DNA from: an uncultured Spirochaetota bacterium
Lineage (GTDB): Bacteria; Spirochaetota; Spirochaetia; SZUA-6; Fen-1364
Reading direction: 5' to 3'
DNA: 64,000 nucleotides
Assembly: GCA_963734545.1 (NCBI GenBank)
Contig: CAVTHO010000008.1
Location: forward strand, 384,001-448,000
In this document: in pieces, positions 23,084 through 33,544 of the stretch
Position numbering within the stretch: position 1 is the first letter of the stretch
Layout: each line of letters starts with the position of its first letter
Notes under the pieces: generated by a model
Seen by the model: the letters and a program-made list of their open reading frames with translations, nothing else
Told to the model about the DNA's origin: nothing
The model's database searches: none
Position numbers and translations under genes: made by a program

Positions 23084-23511
23084 GCGCCTTCGACGAGCTG
23101 TACCAGGAAATCATAATGGATCACTACCGCACCCCCCGCAACACGGCCCCCCTGGACCACATCCCGCAGGCCCTGGCGCATGAAAACCCGACCTGTGGAG
23201 ACTCTCTGAAGCTGGAGGTCGTGCTGGGGGACGGAGGCAAGCTGGAGCGTGTACGCTTCGACGGAAAGGGCTGCGCAATCAGCACGGCGTCCGCCTCCCT
23301 GATGACGGAGCAGGTGAAGGGGCTTTCCGTGGCGGAGGCGAGGAAGCTTGCCGGCAGCTTCATCCGCGCGCTGCGCGGCGAAGAACCGGTTGACGTTCTG
23401 GATGGGATGGGCGATCTTGTGGCTTTCAAGGGCCTCACGAGCTTTCCTGTCCGGGTCAAGTGCGCGACACTCGCCTGGCACGCCCTGCTCGTGACTCTGC
23501 CGGGCAACTGA
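23080..23511 (+). CDS. sufU: SufU/IscU-type sulfur transfer protein
   Basis: LYQEIIMDHY, NPTCGD, GCAISTASAS, RVKCATLAW. Confidence 0.93.
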   Translation: MSAFDELYQEIIMDHYRTPRNTAPLDHIPQALAHENPTCGDSLKLEVVLGDGGKLERVRFDGKGCAISTASASLMTEQVKGLSVAEARKLAGSFIRALRGEEPVDVLDGMGDLVAFKGLTSFPVRVKCATLAWHALLVTLPGN

Positions 23512-23520
23512 GGAGGCAGG

Positions 23521-24588
23521 ATGTTCGAAAGTTTCGATCCCCGGGAGGGTCGTCTCTTCTCCCTCCTGGACGTGGAGGGAAAGCTTGCCCCGCCCCCGGC
23601 GGGCTTCCCGCTGATGAGCGACGAACAGGCGCTCGCGGCCTACAAGACCATGGTCATGTCACGGCAGGGCGATGAGTGGGCGGTCAGTCTCAACCGGCAG
23701 GGTCGCCTGCCCACCTACGCTCTGAACAAGGGACAGGAGGCCAATTCCGTGGGCGCCCTCATGGCAGTGCGCCCCGATGACTGGTTCGTGCCGGCGTTCC
23801 GTGAGTTCGGCGGCATGCTCGTCCGCGGGGTGAGCCTGCAGCAGTACTACCTGTACTGGTATGGAAACGAGGCGGCGAACCATCTCCCGATAGAAAAATA
23901 CCACATGATGCCGATCTCGGTTCCCGTCGGCAGTCAGATGCTGCACGCCGTGGGGCTGGCCTGGGCGGAGCGCTACAAGGGCACGGATCGGATCGCCATC
24001 ACCTTCATGGGCGAGGGGGCCAGCGCGGAGGGAGACTTCCACGAGGCATGCACCCTTGCCGGGGTATGGAAGGCCGGCGTCATCATCTACGCGCAGAACA
24101 ATCACTGGTCGATCTCCCTCCCCTGGGCCAAGCAGAGCTCGAGCAAGACGCTTGCGGAGAAGGCTTTCGCATACGGGTTCGAGGGCGTGCGGGTGGATGG
24201 GAACGACATTTTCGCCGTGTACGCCGTCGTGCAGATGGCCGCGGAGCGCGCGCGGGAAGGCGGCGGGCCCACCCTCATCGAAGGCCTCACGTACCGCCTG
24301 GGGGCGCACACCACGTCGGACGATCCTTCCCGGTACAGAACGGACGAGGAAGTGCGCCAGTGGGAGCCTCGGGATCCCATTCTCCGGCTGGAGCGCTATC
24401 TCCTGAAGAAGGGCCTGCTTTCAGAGGCCGATGTCGTGAAAACAAGGGAGCAGTCACTGGCCTGCGCGCAGGCGAGCTTCGAGGAAGTCGAGCAGGCCAG
24501 GGACACGACGCGGGAGGAGGCCTTCCAGCACCTTTACCAGGAGATGCCGGACATGATTGCCGCGCAGATGCAGCGGAGGAAGACATGA
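23521..24588 (+). CDS. 2-oxoacid (pyruvate or branched-chain) dehydrogenase E1 alpha
   Basis: RQGR..GQEA, TPP motif GEGASAEGDFHE..QNN, YRLGAHTTSDDPSRY. Confidence 0.92.
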   Translation: MFESFDPREGRLFSLLDVEGKLAPPPAGFPLMSDEQALAAYKTMVMSRQGDEWAVSLNRQGRLPTYALNKGQEANSVGALMAVRPDDWFVPAFREFGGMLVRGVSLQQYYLYWYGNEAANHLPIEKYHMMPISVPVGSQMLHAVGLAWAERYKGTDRIAITFMGEGASAEGDFHEACTLAGVWKAGVIIYAQNNHWSISLPWAKQSSSKTLAEKAFAYGFEGVRVDGNDIFAVYAVVQMAAERAREGGGPTLIEGLTYRLGAHTTSDDPSRYRTDEEVRQWEPRDPILRLERYLLKKGLLSEADVVKTREQSLACAQASFEEVEQARDTTREEAFQHLYQEMPDMIAAQMQRRKT

Positions 24589-25568
24589 AGGTACTCACTC
24601 TCCTGGAGGCGGTGACCGACGCCCTGCGCACCGAGATGGCGACCGACCGGTCGGTCGTGGTTTTCGGAGAGGACGTGGGGCTGGAGGGCGGCGTCTTCCG
24701 CGCCACCAGCGGCCTGCAGCGTGATTTCGGGGAGGAGCGGTGCTTCGACACGCCCATCGCGGAGTCCGGCATCGTCGGCGCCGCGCTCGGGATGGCGGTG
24801 GCAGGGCTCCGTCCCGTGGTGGAGATCCAGTTCTCCGCTTTTTCGTTTCCCGCGTTCGACCAGCTCTTCAACCACGTCTCCCGGATCAGGAACCGCTCCC
24901 GGGGCGCGCTGAGCGCGCCGATGGTGGTCCGCATGCCTTTTGGCGGAGGCATCCGCGCGCCCGAGCATCACTCGGAGAGCCTCGAGGCCCTGTTCGGGCA
25001 CATTCCCGGCTTGAAGGTGGTGATCCCGTCCACGCCGCACGACGCCAAGGGTCTCCTGATCGCCGCCATCCGGGATCCGGACCCCGTGGTGTACCTGGAG
25101 CCCGCGCGCGCCTACCGCGCCGTGCGCCAGGAAGTCCCCGACGAGGCGTATACCGTGGAGATCGGCAGGGCAAAGATCGAGGCGGAGGGGGACGAGCTCA
25201 CCCTGGTTTCATACGGCGCGCAGATGATCGAGGCGCGGGAGGCGCGCGCGGTGCTCGCCGCCGAAGGCCGGTCCGTGGAGCTGATCGACCTGCGCACAAT
25301 CCATCCCTTCGATGCGCGCACCGTCGTGGACTCGGTGCGGAAGACCGGCAGGTTCCTCGCGGTCCACGAAGGCCCGCAGAGTTTCAGCGTGGCCTCGGAG
25401 CTGGTCGCCACGGTGCTGGAACAGGCGTTCGATGTCCTGGAAGCACCCCCTGCCCGGCTCACCGGGCCCGACATCATCTACCCGATGCCCCGCGGGGAGA
25501 AGCACTACCTCCTGACCGCGGAGCACGTGCTCCACGAGGCAAGGAGGGTGCTCGACTATGAGCCATGA
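24585..25568 (+). CDS. 2-oxoacid dehydrogenase E1 beta
   Basis: GEDVGLEGGVFRAT, FDTPIAESGI, VEIQF, EHHSES, DAKGLL, DPVVYLEP. Confidence 0.93.
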   Translation: MKVLTLLEAVTDALRTEMATDRSVVVFGEDVGLEGGVFRATSGLQRDFGEERCFDTPIAESGIVGAALGMAVAGLRPVVEIQFSAFSFPAFDQLFNHVSRIRNRSRGALSAPMVVRMPFGGGIRAPEHHSESLEALFGHIPGLKVVIPSTPHDAKGLLIAAIRDPDPVVYLEPARAYRAVRQEVPDEAYTVEIGRAKIEAEGDELTLVSYGAQMIEAREARAVLAAEGRSVELIDLRTIHPFDARTVVDSVRKTGRFLAVHEGPQSFSVASELVATVLEQAFDVLEAPPARLTGPDIIYPMPRGEKHYLLTAEHVLHEARRVLDYEP

Positions 25569-26842
25569 GACGGCGCTGTTCGAGTTCAGGTTCCCCGACA
25601 TCGGTGAAGGCCTCACGGAAGGCACGATCGTCGAGTTGAAGGTGGCGCCGGGCAGCAGCGTGAAGCCGGGCCAGGCGCTTGCGATCGTGGAAACGGACAA
25701 GGTCGTCACCGAGATGCCCTCCCCCGTGGAAGGCGTCGTGGTGGAGCTGCCCATCACAAAGGGGCAGGTCGTGCAGGTCGGGGAGATTGTCGCGAAGATC
25801 CGGACCGGCCTCGCATCCGGCCCCGATCGTGGAGAGCTCCCCGGACGGCGGGACCGTTGTCGGGCAACTGATGGTCGCGTCGCACGGCGTCCTGCCGGCA
25901 AGCGCGGAGGGCCTTTCCCCGCACAAGCGGCAGGCCCCCAATGGAAAAGAGATTGTCGCTGAAGTGCGCAAGGGAAAAGTGCGCGCTTCCCCCGTGGCCC
26001 GGAAGCTGGCCGCGGACGCGGGGATCGATCTTGCCCGGGTTCACGGCACGGGCCCCGGCGGCAGGATACTGAAGAAGGACCTGGAGGCGCGGGGGTCTGC
26101 GCAGGCGTCCTCGGTTGATTCCGTGACGCCGGCCCCGCAATTGGAGGAGCCCGGCGCCTCATCCGGGATGAAGAAGCTCTCGACCCTGCGGCTCGCCATC
26201 GCAAAGGCCATGGAGAAAAGCCAGGCCATCCCCGCGGCCGCGGTCCATGACTACACCGTGGTGGACGAGCTGCTCCAGCTTCGGCGCGACATGAACGAGG
26301 CCGCCCGGGAAAAAGTGGGATTGCTGGCATTCTTCGTCAAGGCAGCGGCGGTCGCGCTGCGGGATTTTCCTCTCCTGAGCTCGCTGTATGCGCCGGAGCG
26401 TCGAGAGTACGAATCCTTCCCGGTCCCGAACATCGGCGTGGCGGTGGATACCGAAGAAGGGCTCGTGGTTCCCGTGGTCAGGGATCCCATGGGCCTGTCT
26501 GTCCCCCGCATCCATTCGGAGATCGCGCGTCTCACGGGCAAGGCACGATCCCGGACTCTCGCGCTGGAGGAGATCCGCGGGGGATCATTCACCATATCGA
26601 ACTTCGGCTCTTTCTCCGGCGTATACGGGAACCCGATGATCCTTCCGCCGCAGGTGGGCATCCTCGGCATCGGACGGGTGCACGAGGAACCGGTGGTTCG
26701 GGAGGGAAAGGTGGTCCCTGCCTCGCTCCTCCCCCTCTCGCTGGTGGTCGACCACCGTCTGATCGACGGCGTCTATGCCTGCAGGTTCCTGGCCCGGTTC
26801 ATGGAGCTCGTTTCGAAGCCTCTGGGCCTGTTGATGCTCTGA
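25558..26842 (+). CDS. Dihydrolipoamide acyltransferase E2 (frameshift near 25815)
   Basis: Lipoyl domain PDIGEGL..ETDKV; subunit-binding ASPVARKLA..GTGPGGRI; catalytic DHRLIDG. Confidence 0.92.
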
Positions 26843-28351
26843 GATCGAGCCCGGCGTCTCCCGCGTCGAGAAACGCGGCGTCCACGGACTCCATGTCGGC
26901 GGCTCCCTCGCGGGAGGGAGCGGCGGCAATCTTGTATACCTGGATCTGCTCCTGTATGCCTTTCAGCTTCGCCTTGCCCGCAAAGACCCTGTATCCCCTG
27001 AGGAGCGCCTTGACGCCCGGGATAGGCGAACACCTCCTCGGTGATGTACACCTCCTCGGAGCCCGCCAGCCCCTGCACGCGCGAGGCGGTATTGACGGTC
27101 TGGCCGAAGTAGTCCAGCCGGTCATTCAGCGTCACCGCGATGCAGGCACCCTTGTGGATCCCGATCTTGAGGATCAGGTCACTGCGGGTGAACGCCCGGT
27201 TGAAGCGCGCAATCTCCTTGTTCATCTCCAGCCCGGCCTTTACCGCGTCCACGGGATTGAGGAACGACGCCATGACCGCGTCCCCGATTGTCTTCACGAA
27301 CGCGCCGGAGTATTCGTTGATGACGGCGCCCAGCCGTTCGAAGTGCTGGTGCACGAGGGAGAACGCCTTCAGGTCGCCGATGCGCTCGTAGAGGGCGGTG
27401 GAGCCCTTCAGGTCCGTGAAAAGGATCGTGATATCGCGGATCCCGATTCCTTCCGTTCCCTGGATCACCTCCGAGCTGAACAGGTCACGGAAGGTCTGGA
27501 GAGAGATCAGCCTCTTTCCTGACAGGAAGGGCTCGAAAACAAGGGGCACCTTCGTGAGGCCCGGCGGGAAGTTGAGAATCATCATGGATGCCCTTGTCCG
27601 CCGTGCGGTTTTCCAGCGTGAATATCAGCTTGCCCGGGGCCACCACGGCCTGCCCCGGCACCAGCGTCCCGCCCTCCAGCCGGACGGTCACCGGCTGCGG
27701 CTTGTCCGCGGGGGCGCCGCTCACCGTGACCGCCGCGCTCAGGTGGTGCATCATGTCATTGAAAGTGATGCTGCCCCCCGTGCTTTCCAGCACGAACCTC
27801 TTTCTCTGCCCCGGCCAGAGCCAGGAAAGGGCTTTCACCAGGCCGGGCACGGCGTCGACAAATCGCGGGCCGTTGGGGATCGTCGCGCTGCGGTCGAAAT
27901 GGTACTTCAGGTGGTAGTCCTCGATGGAAAGCGATTCCGGATGATGAAAGACGATTTCCCTGATCTCGGGTGAGATCGTGAAGTTGACGTGTATGAAATC
28001 GTCGAGGGTCGCTTCCGAGTTCAGATTGCAGACCGTGCAGGTGAAGTGGGAATTGAGCTTGTTCAGAGAGCGAAAGCTGTCCACGGAGTCGCCGCACGTG
28101 GGACAGACGAGGTTCCATTCCATCTGGAACATGCCTTCACGGGCGCCATGGAGAAACGCATCGATTGCATCGTTCTCCACAATTCCCCGGTCCGCGGCGA
28201 ATCGCAGGGGATTGATGCGGAAGAGCTCGTAGTCATCTCCGGTACGAATGAGGGATTCCAGCTTTTCGAGGACCTTCGGAGACCATTCCCTGGCTTTCCG
28301 CACAGCGTTCATTTTTTCGACCAGCACCCGTTCCTTGATTCTCGCAGCCAT
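26799..28351 (-). CDS. Class III adenylate/guanylate cyclase with DUF5939-like N-terminus (frameshifts near 27590 and 27015; 3' end approximate)
   Basis: LFRINPL, CPTCG..CTVC; ILFTDLKGSTALYE, VKTIGDAVMA, KIGIHKG, DYFGQTVNTASRV; Lys in KTIGD and Asp in DYFG point to ATP specificity. Confidence 0.9.
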
Positions 28352-28389
28352 TCACGTCTCCTTTTCGCACACGTTTGCCGCTAAAAGCT

Positions 28390-28418
28390 TTGCCTATACC
28401 TGACCAAAATACTAATAT
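28390..28418 (+). promoter_or_regulatory. Putative sigma70 promoter of sod
   Basis: TTGCCT-17 bp-TAATAT; SD AGGAGG before ATG 28448. Confidence 0.5.
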
Positions 28419-28447
28419 TTACACATCGATCACACAGGAGGTGTTTG

Positions 28448-29059
28448 ATGCCTTTCACATTGCCCGACCTTCCCTATCCCTTCAATGCCCTGGAACCGCA
28501 TATAGATGCAAAGACCATGGAGATTCACCATGACAAGCACCACGGGACATACGTGACCAAGCTGAATGCGGCGCTCGAAAAAGCCCCTTCGTTCCAGGGG
28601 AGGCCGATAGAGGAGATCCTCAAATCACTCGACTCGATCCCGGCGGACGTGCGCACCGCGGTGCGCAACCACGGCGGGGGACATCTCAACCACAGCCTCT
28701 TCTGGAAGTTGCTTTCGCCCAAGGGCGGGGGGAATCCGAAAGGGGCGCTTGCAAACGCCATCGACAAGAGTTTCGGCAGCTTTGACGCGTTCAAAGAGCA
28801 GTTCGTGAATGCGGCCGCAAACCTGTTCGGAAGCGGCTGGGCGTGGCTTGCCTCGGACGCCGCGGGCAAGCTCTCCGTGGTGGGCCTCCCCAACCAGGAC
28901 AGCCCCGTGTCGCAGGGTTTGAAGCCGCTGCTGGGGCTGGACGTCTGGGAGCACGCGTATTACCTGAAGTATCAGAACCGCAGGCCGGATTACATCACCG
29001 CGTTCTGGAATATCGTGTCCTGGGAACAGGTTGCGGCAAACATGGAGGCCTCCCGGTAG
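28448..29059 (+). CDS. sodA: Mn/Fe superoxide dismutase (Mn-type signature)
   Basis: [34 protein letters not shown]. Confidence 0.95.
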   Translation: MPFTLPDLPYPFNALEPHIDAKTMEIHHDKHHGTYVTKLNAALEKAPSFQGRPIEEILKSLDSIPADVRTAVRNHGGGHLNHSLFWKLLSPKGGGNPKGALANAIDKSFGSFDAFKEQFVNAAANLFGSGWAWLASDAAGKLSVVGLPNQDSPVSQGLKPLLGLDVWEHAYYLKYQNRRPDYITAFWNIVSWEQVAANMEASR

Positions 29060-29089
29060 GCCGGCCGCATTCCCGCCGAACAGTCCAAA

Positions 29090-29130
29090 CACGCGTGCCG
29101 CGCCCCGTGCGGCGCGCGTGCCTTCTTCTT
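29090..29130. terminator. GC-rich hairpin between convergent sod and XRE genes
   Basis: CACGCGTGCCGCGC-CCC-GTGCGGCGCGCGTG 14-bp stem with two G-U pairs, followed by CCTTCTTCTT. Confidence 0.6.
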
Positions 29131-29686
29131 ACGCCCGGGGGTAGTAGATCATCATGATGAGCCTCGCCGTGGCGGCGCCTGAATTGCCGTAGACGTGTCT
29201 CCCCGTTGCCTTGAACCGGATGCTGTGGTCCTTCGGGATCCGGTACTCGGTTTCACCGAGGGTGAGGCTCAGGGTCCCGTTTGAGACGAAGATGTATTCC
29301 TCCACGTCTCCCCGGTGGCCTTCTGCTTCGAGACGGGCGCCTTTCTCGATCTCCACGTGATAGATCTCGAACTTCCTGTCCGGCTCGAAAGGAAAGAGCG
29401 GAAAGAGACGATACCCCCTGTCCTTTTCCACGATCGGCGTGCCTGACCTGTTGTCCACTATGGAGACGTCCTTCTGTATTTCTTTCGCAAGACTCGTGAA
29501 AGAAACCTTCAGACCATTGGCTATTTTCCACAGCGTCGAAATCGTGGGGCTCGATTCGCCCTTCTCGATCTGGCGGAGCATGCTCTTGCTGACACCGGTC
29601 AGGGAGGAGACGTCGTCCAGGCTGTAGTTGCCCTCTTTTCTGATGCGCGCGAGGTTGCGCGCCACCTGCTCGGTCAGCTCATCCAT
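29129..29686 (-). CDS. XRE HTH + cupin transcriptional regulator (SutR/PuuR-like)
   Basis: TGVSKSMLRQIEKGESSPTISTLWKIANGL; cupin H..VEEYIFV..HVYGN. Confidence 0.92.
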   Translation of the reverse strand: MDELTEQVARNLARIRKEGNYSLDDVSSLTGVSKSMLRQIEKGESSPTISTLWKIANGLKVSFTSLAKEIQKDVSIVDNRSGTPIVEKDRGYRLFPLFPFEPDRKFEIYHVEIEKGARLEAEGHRGDVEEYIFVSNGTLSLTLGETEYRIPKDHSIRFKATGRHVYGNSGAATARLIMMIYYPRA

Positions 29687-29712
29687 CTGCTTCTTCCGTC
29701 CCGTTCCGCCGC

Positions 29713-29741
29713 TTGACTATATTACGCACAAAATGTATCAT
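29713..29741 (+). promoter_or_regulatory. sigma70 promoter of LysE gene in AT-rich divergent region
   Basis: TTGACT-17 bp-TATCAT. Confidence 0.65.
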
Positions 29742-29764
29742 ATAACAACCATGAGGACAACGCC

Positions 29765-30361
29765 ATGAACCCCCTCATCATCCCGTTTCTCGCCTACGCG
29801 GCGGTCACCACGTTTACCCCGGGACCCAACAATATCACATCCACGGCCATCGGCATGCGGCTCGGCTACAGGAGGACGATACCGTACATACTGGGAATCA
29901 TGCTCGGCTTCCTGGTGATCATGCTCGCGGCGGGCGTCCTCACGGACATCGCAAGCCGCGCGTATCGCGGGGCCCTGCCCTATCTCAAATGGATCGGCGT
30001 GCTCTACATCTGCTGGCTCGCGGTCTCCCTTTTCCTCCCCTCGGCTCACGGCACGGAAGCCGCCCAGGTCCGCAATGCGAGCTTCAGGAGCGGCCTGATC
30101 CTGCAGATAATGAATCCGAAGGTCATCCTCTACGGGATCACGATCTATTCATCATTTCACACGCTTCTTGCCGACTCTCCGATCAAGCTTGTCGCTTCAT
30201 CGGTTTTCCTGGCCCTGCTGGGCGGCATCGCCACATCTCTCTGGGCGATTTTTGGAAACCTGATGTCAGGCTTTCTCAAGGGAAGGGCGGCCATGCTTGT
30301 TTTCAACATCGTCATGGCCCTGCTGCTGCTCTATTCCGCCGTTTCCATCCTCATTCACTGA
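29765..30361 (+). CDS. LysE family exporter (EamB-like)
   Basis: TPGPNN, LQIMNPKVIL, about six TM segments. Confidence 0.9.
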   Translation: MNPLIIPFLAYAAVTTFTPGPNNITSTAIGMRLGYRRTIPYILGIMLGFLVIMLAAGVLTDIASRAYRGALPYLKWIGVLYICWLAVSLFLPSAHGTEAAQVRNASFRSGLILQIMNPKVILYGITIYSSFHTLLADSPIKLVASSVFLALLGGIATSLWAIFGNLMSGFLKGRAAMLVFNIVMALLLLYSAVSILIH

Positions 30362-30384
30362 GCGCGCGACAGGTCCCTGCGGCC

Positions 30385-31958
30385 CTACTTGGCCCGACTG
30401 AAGCTCCGCATGTACAGGCGGACCAGCCGGACAAGAGACCCCGCGCGTTTGAAGAGCCCTCTTCCGTAGAGGAACGTCAGGGCGCTCTTCAGCCCTTCAT
30501 AGACATTTCTCCCGTGCGGATACCACCACATGTTGCGCGGCATGCGGTGCAGCCTGTCGTAGATGACCGCGCGGGGCTGGGTCATTTCCAGGAAGCCGAG
30601 CTCTCCGTGGCTCCTGCCGATCCCCGAAGCCTTGAACCCTCCCCAGGGCGTCTCGGCCATTCCATGGCTCATCAGGTGGTCGTTGATCGTCACCGTCCCC
30701 GCCTCCAGCCTTTCGGCGACCCGGCGGGCATGACGGGGGTGCGCGCTCCAGACGGATGCGGAAAGCCCGTACGCGGAGGCGTTGGCCTTGGCAACCGCCT
30801 CGTCGTCATCCAGGACCCTCTCCAGAGCCAGAACAGGTCCGAAGACCTCCTCCGTCATGACGAGCATCGAATCGTTCACTTCCTCGAGAACAAGAATGGG
30901 TGAGAAGATGCCGCCGCTCTTTCCTGACAGGCCCTTGCGGCAGGAGACGACTGCCCCTTTTGCCACGGCATCCGCGACCGCCTGCTCCACCTTCTGCCGC
31001 TGCTGTTCCTGCGTCACCGAGCCCACATCCACGTCGAAGGATACGTCGGGGCCGACGCGAAGGCTTTCAATCTGGCGCAGCAGCCGGTCGCGGAACTTTT
31101 CGTAGATACCCTGGGACACGTACAGACGCTCGACGCCGGCGCAGGATTGCCCCGCGTTGGACAGCCCTGCCCAGAGGGCGCCCGCGGCTGCCCTGTCGAG
31201 GTTCGCATCGTCCAGAACGATCATGGCGTCATTGCCGCCCAGCTCCAGCACGAGTGGCGTCAGCGTGCGAGATGCTCTTTCCATGAGCTCCTTGCCCACG
31301 GCAGTGGAGCCCGTGAAGAAAAGCTTGTTGATCCCCGCCTCGAGCATGGCCCTGCCCGCAAGGGCACCGGGGAGATGGATCAGGTGGAAAAGCCCGTCCG
31401 GAATTCCGCAGGTCTTCACCAGGGCGGCGATCTGCTCCCCCACGAGCTGCGTCTGTGTCGCCACCTTGAGGATCACGGCATTTCCCGCCAGCAGTCCCAT
31501 GACGACCTCGTGGAAGCGGAATGGAGAATGGATAGTTCCACGGGCTGATCACCCCGATGACTCCGAAGGGAACACGGGTGAGCCAGGAGCTCTTGTTGAA
31601 CAGGAGGATGTTGCCCATTTCGAGCTTCCGGGGCCGGTGCACGCGCGCGGCGATGCGCGCGTAGTAGGCTGCCGCCATGGCAGAGGGGAGCACCTCGCGT
31701 GGAAACCGCGTCCACGCGCGTCTTGCCGGTGGAGCGCGATATCACATCGGCAATCTCGTCGGCGCGGGAAGCGATGGAGGCGCTCAGGACGCGCATGAGC
31801 GCGGCCCGCTTCCGCACGTCTGTTGCGGCCCATGCCGGCTGCGCCTTGCGCGCCTCCTCCATCGCGCGCTTCAGGTCCTCCACGCTGTGCACGCGCAGGG
31901 GACCGATCTTCTCCCCGGTCGCCGGATTCTTCAGAGAGATCGACGATTCTGTTCCCAT
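30385..31958 (-). CDS. NAD(P)-dependent aldehyde dehydrogenase (frameshifts near 31700 and 31515)
   Basis: NPATGE, ISPWNYPF, FTGSTAVG, LELGGND, GQSCAG, EEVFGP, PWGGFKASGIGRSHG. Confidence 0.92.
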
Positions 31959-31959
31959 T

Positions 31960-32799
31960 TCCTGGCTCCTCGCATGTGCCCTGGCCGATCCAGGACTCCA
32001 TGCTCACGTTGACACCCAGCATGCGGGATATCCGGTTGAACACCGCGTCAGGAAGGATCCCGCGGAGAAGCGACGCGAGCTTCACCGTGCGCGGTCTCTT
32101 GGGGGAGTGGCGCCCGCGCTTGAGGGCGCTCTCCACGATCGCCTTTGCCACGACGTCGTGACTGCGCAGCACCGGTATGACCAGGCCGCCGAGCCCGGGC
32201 ATGCGGGCGCCTCCGAACATTCCTTCCGCCACGTAGTTGGGATGAATCGACGACCATTTCACGCCGCGCTTGCCTGCGTTGAGGGTCTCGTGACGGAGTG
32301 ATTCGGTGAGGCCCCAGACGGCCCACTTCGTGGCCGCGTACACGGCCAGGCCGGCCACCCCGACGGTGCCGGCGGCGGAGGACACGTTCACGATATGACC
32401 GCTGTCCCTCTCCATCATCGCCGGCAGGAACGCCCGCGTCGTGTACAGCAGCGACGTAAGATTCACGTCGATCATCTTCTCCCACCGCTCGTCCGGTTGA
32501 TCAAGAAGGTTTCCTCCGAACAGGATCCCCGCGTTGTTGACCAGGATATCGACCCTGCCCATCTCTTCCGCGGCCAGGCGCGCCAGCCGGTAGACTTCCC
32601 CCTTGTCGGTGATGTCGCAGCGGTGACCGAACACAGGTGAGCCCAGTCCCTCCAGATCCTTCCTCGATTTCTCGAGGGCATCTGCATCGATGTCCCAGAG
32701 GGTGAGCGCGCATCCTTCCCGCGCAAGCCTTCGGCAGACGGCAAGCCCGATTCCCCGTGCCGCACCTGTGACGACGCACGTCTTGCCTTTCAGCTTCAT
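31960..32799 (-). CDS. Short-chain dehydrogenase (17beta-HSD11/retinol dehydrogenase-like); stop obscured by indel
   Basis: [27 protein letters not shown]. Confidence 0.88.
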
Positions 32800-32943
32800 G
32801 TTTTCCTCACTGCTTGGCGGCATTTTAGTCGATACCTCCGCAGGAATCCAGCAATAATTCATACGGGCCACAACTTGTCATGCGGCGCGAAAACTCCCTA
32901 CCATGAGAGGACTGCCCGAATAAAATCCGAGGAGGAACCTGCA

Positions 32944-33387
32944 ATGTGGAAAGACCTGAAAGCATTCATCCTGAGAGGAAACGTGCTCGACCTTGCGATC
33001 GGCATCATCATAGGCGCCGCGTTCGGCAAGATCGTCACGTCACTGGTCAATGATGTCATCATGCCGCCCATCGGGCTGCTGCTGGGAAGGCTGGACTTCT
33101 CCAGCCTCTACATCAACCTGTCCGGACAGCCCTACGCGTCCCTCGCCGCGGCAAAAGCGGCCGGCGCACCCGTGATAGCCTTTGGCGTCTTTGTCAACGC
33201 CGTGATCGATTTTCTCATCGTCGCGATAGTGATCTTTTTTGTGGTTCGCGGCGCGAACAGGCTGGTGGCCAAGCCAAAACAGACCCCGACGGCTCCCACG
33301 ACGAGGGAATGCCCCTACTGTCTTTCGACAATAGCAATCAAGGCGAGCCGGTGTCCGCACTGCACCTCGCAGGTGGGTCCCGCATAG
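32944..33387 (+). CDS. mscL: Large-conductance mechanosensitive channel with C-terminal zinc ribbon
   Basis: [37 protein letters not shown]; C-terminal CPYC-x10-CPHC. Confidence 0.93.
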   Translation: MWKDLKAFILRGNVLDLAIGIIIGAAFGKIVTSLVNDVIMPPIGLLLGRLDFSSLYINLSGQPYASLAAAKAAGAPVIAFGVFVNAVIDFLIVAIVIFFVVRGANRLVAKPKQTPTAPTTRECPYCLSTIAIKASRCPHCTSQVGPA

Positions 33388-33391
33388 GAGA

Positions 33392-33481
33392 GTGCGCCGC
33401 GTACGCGCGGATTCGCGCCGCGTACGCGCGGATTCGTGCGCCGCGTACTCGTGGATTCGTGCGCCGCGTACTCGCGGATTC
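33392..33481. repeat. Four tandem copies of a 21-23 bp palindromic unit
   Basis: (GT)GCGCCGCGTAC(G/T)CG(C/T)GGATTC at 33392, 33415, 33436, 33459. Confidence 0.9.
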
Positions 33482-33544
33482 TTGCCCGCTTTCCCCCTCG
33501 CAGGAGGGTCAGTATCTTCAATCAACCCTCAAAAGGAGACACGA

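Noticed and set aside
33392-33481. Possible mini-CRISPR
   Set aside because: No spacers between units and no cas genes
33482-33544. FMN riboswitch or switchable hairpin before ribA
   Set aside because: Too short for an FMN aptamer; the alternative CCCTC/GAGGG pairings are only 5-6 bp and do not cover the SD
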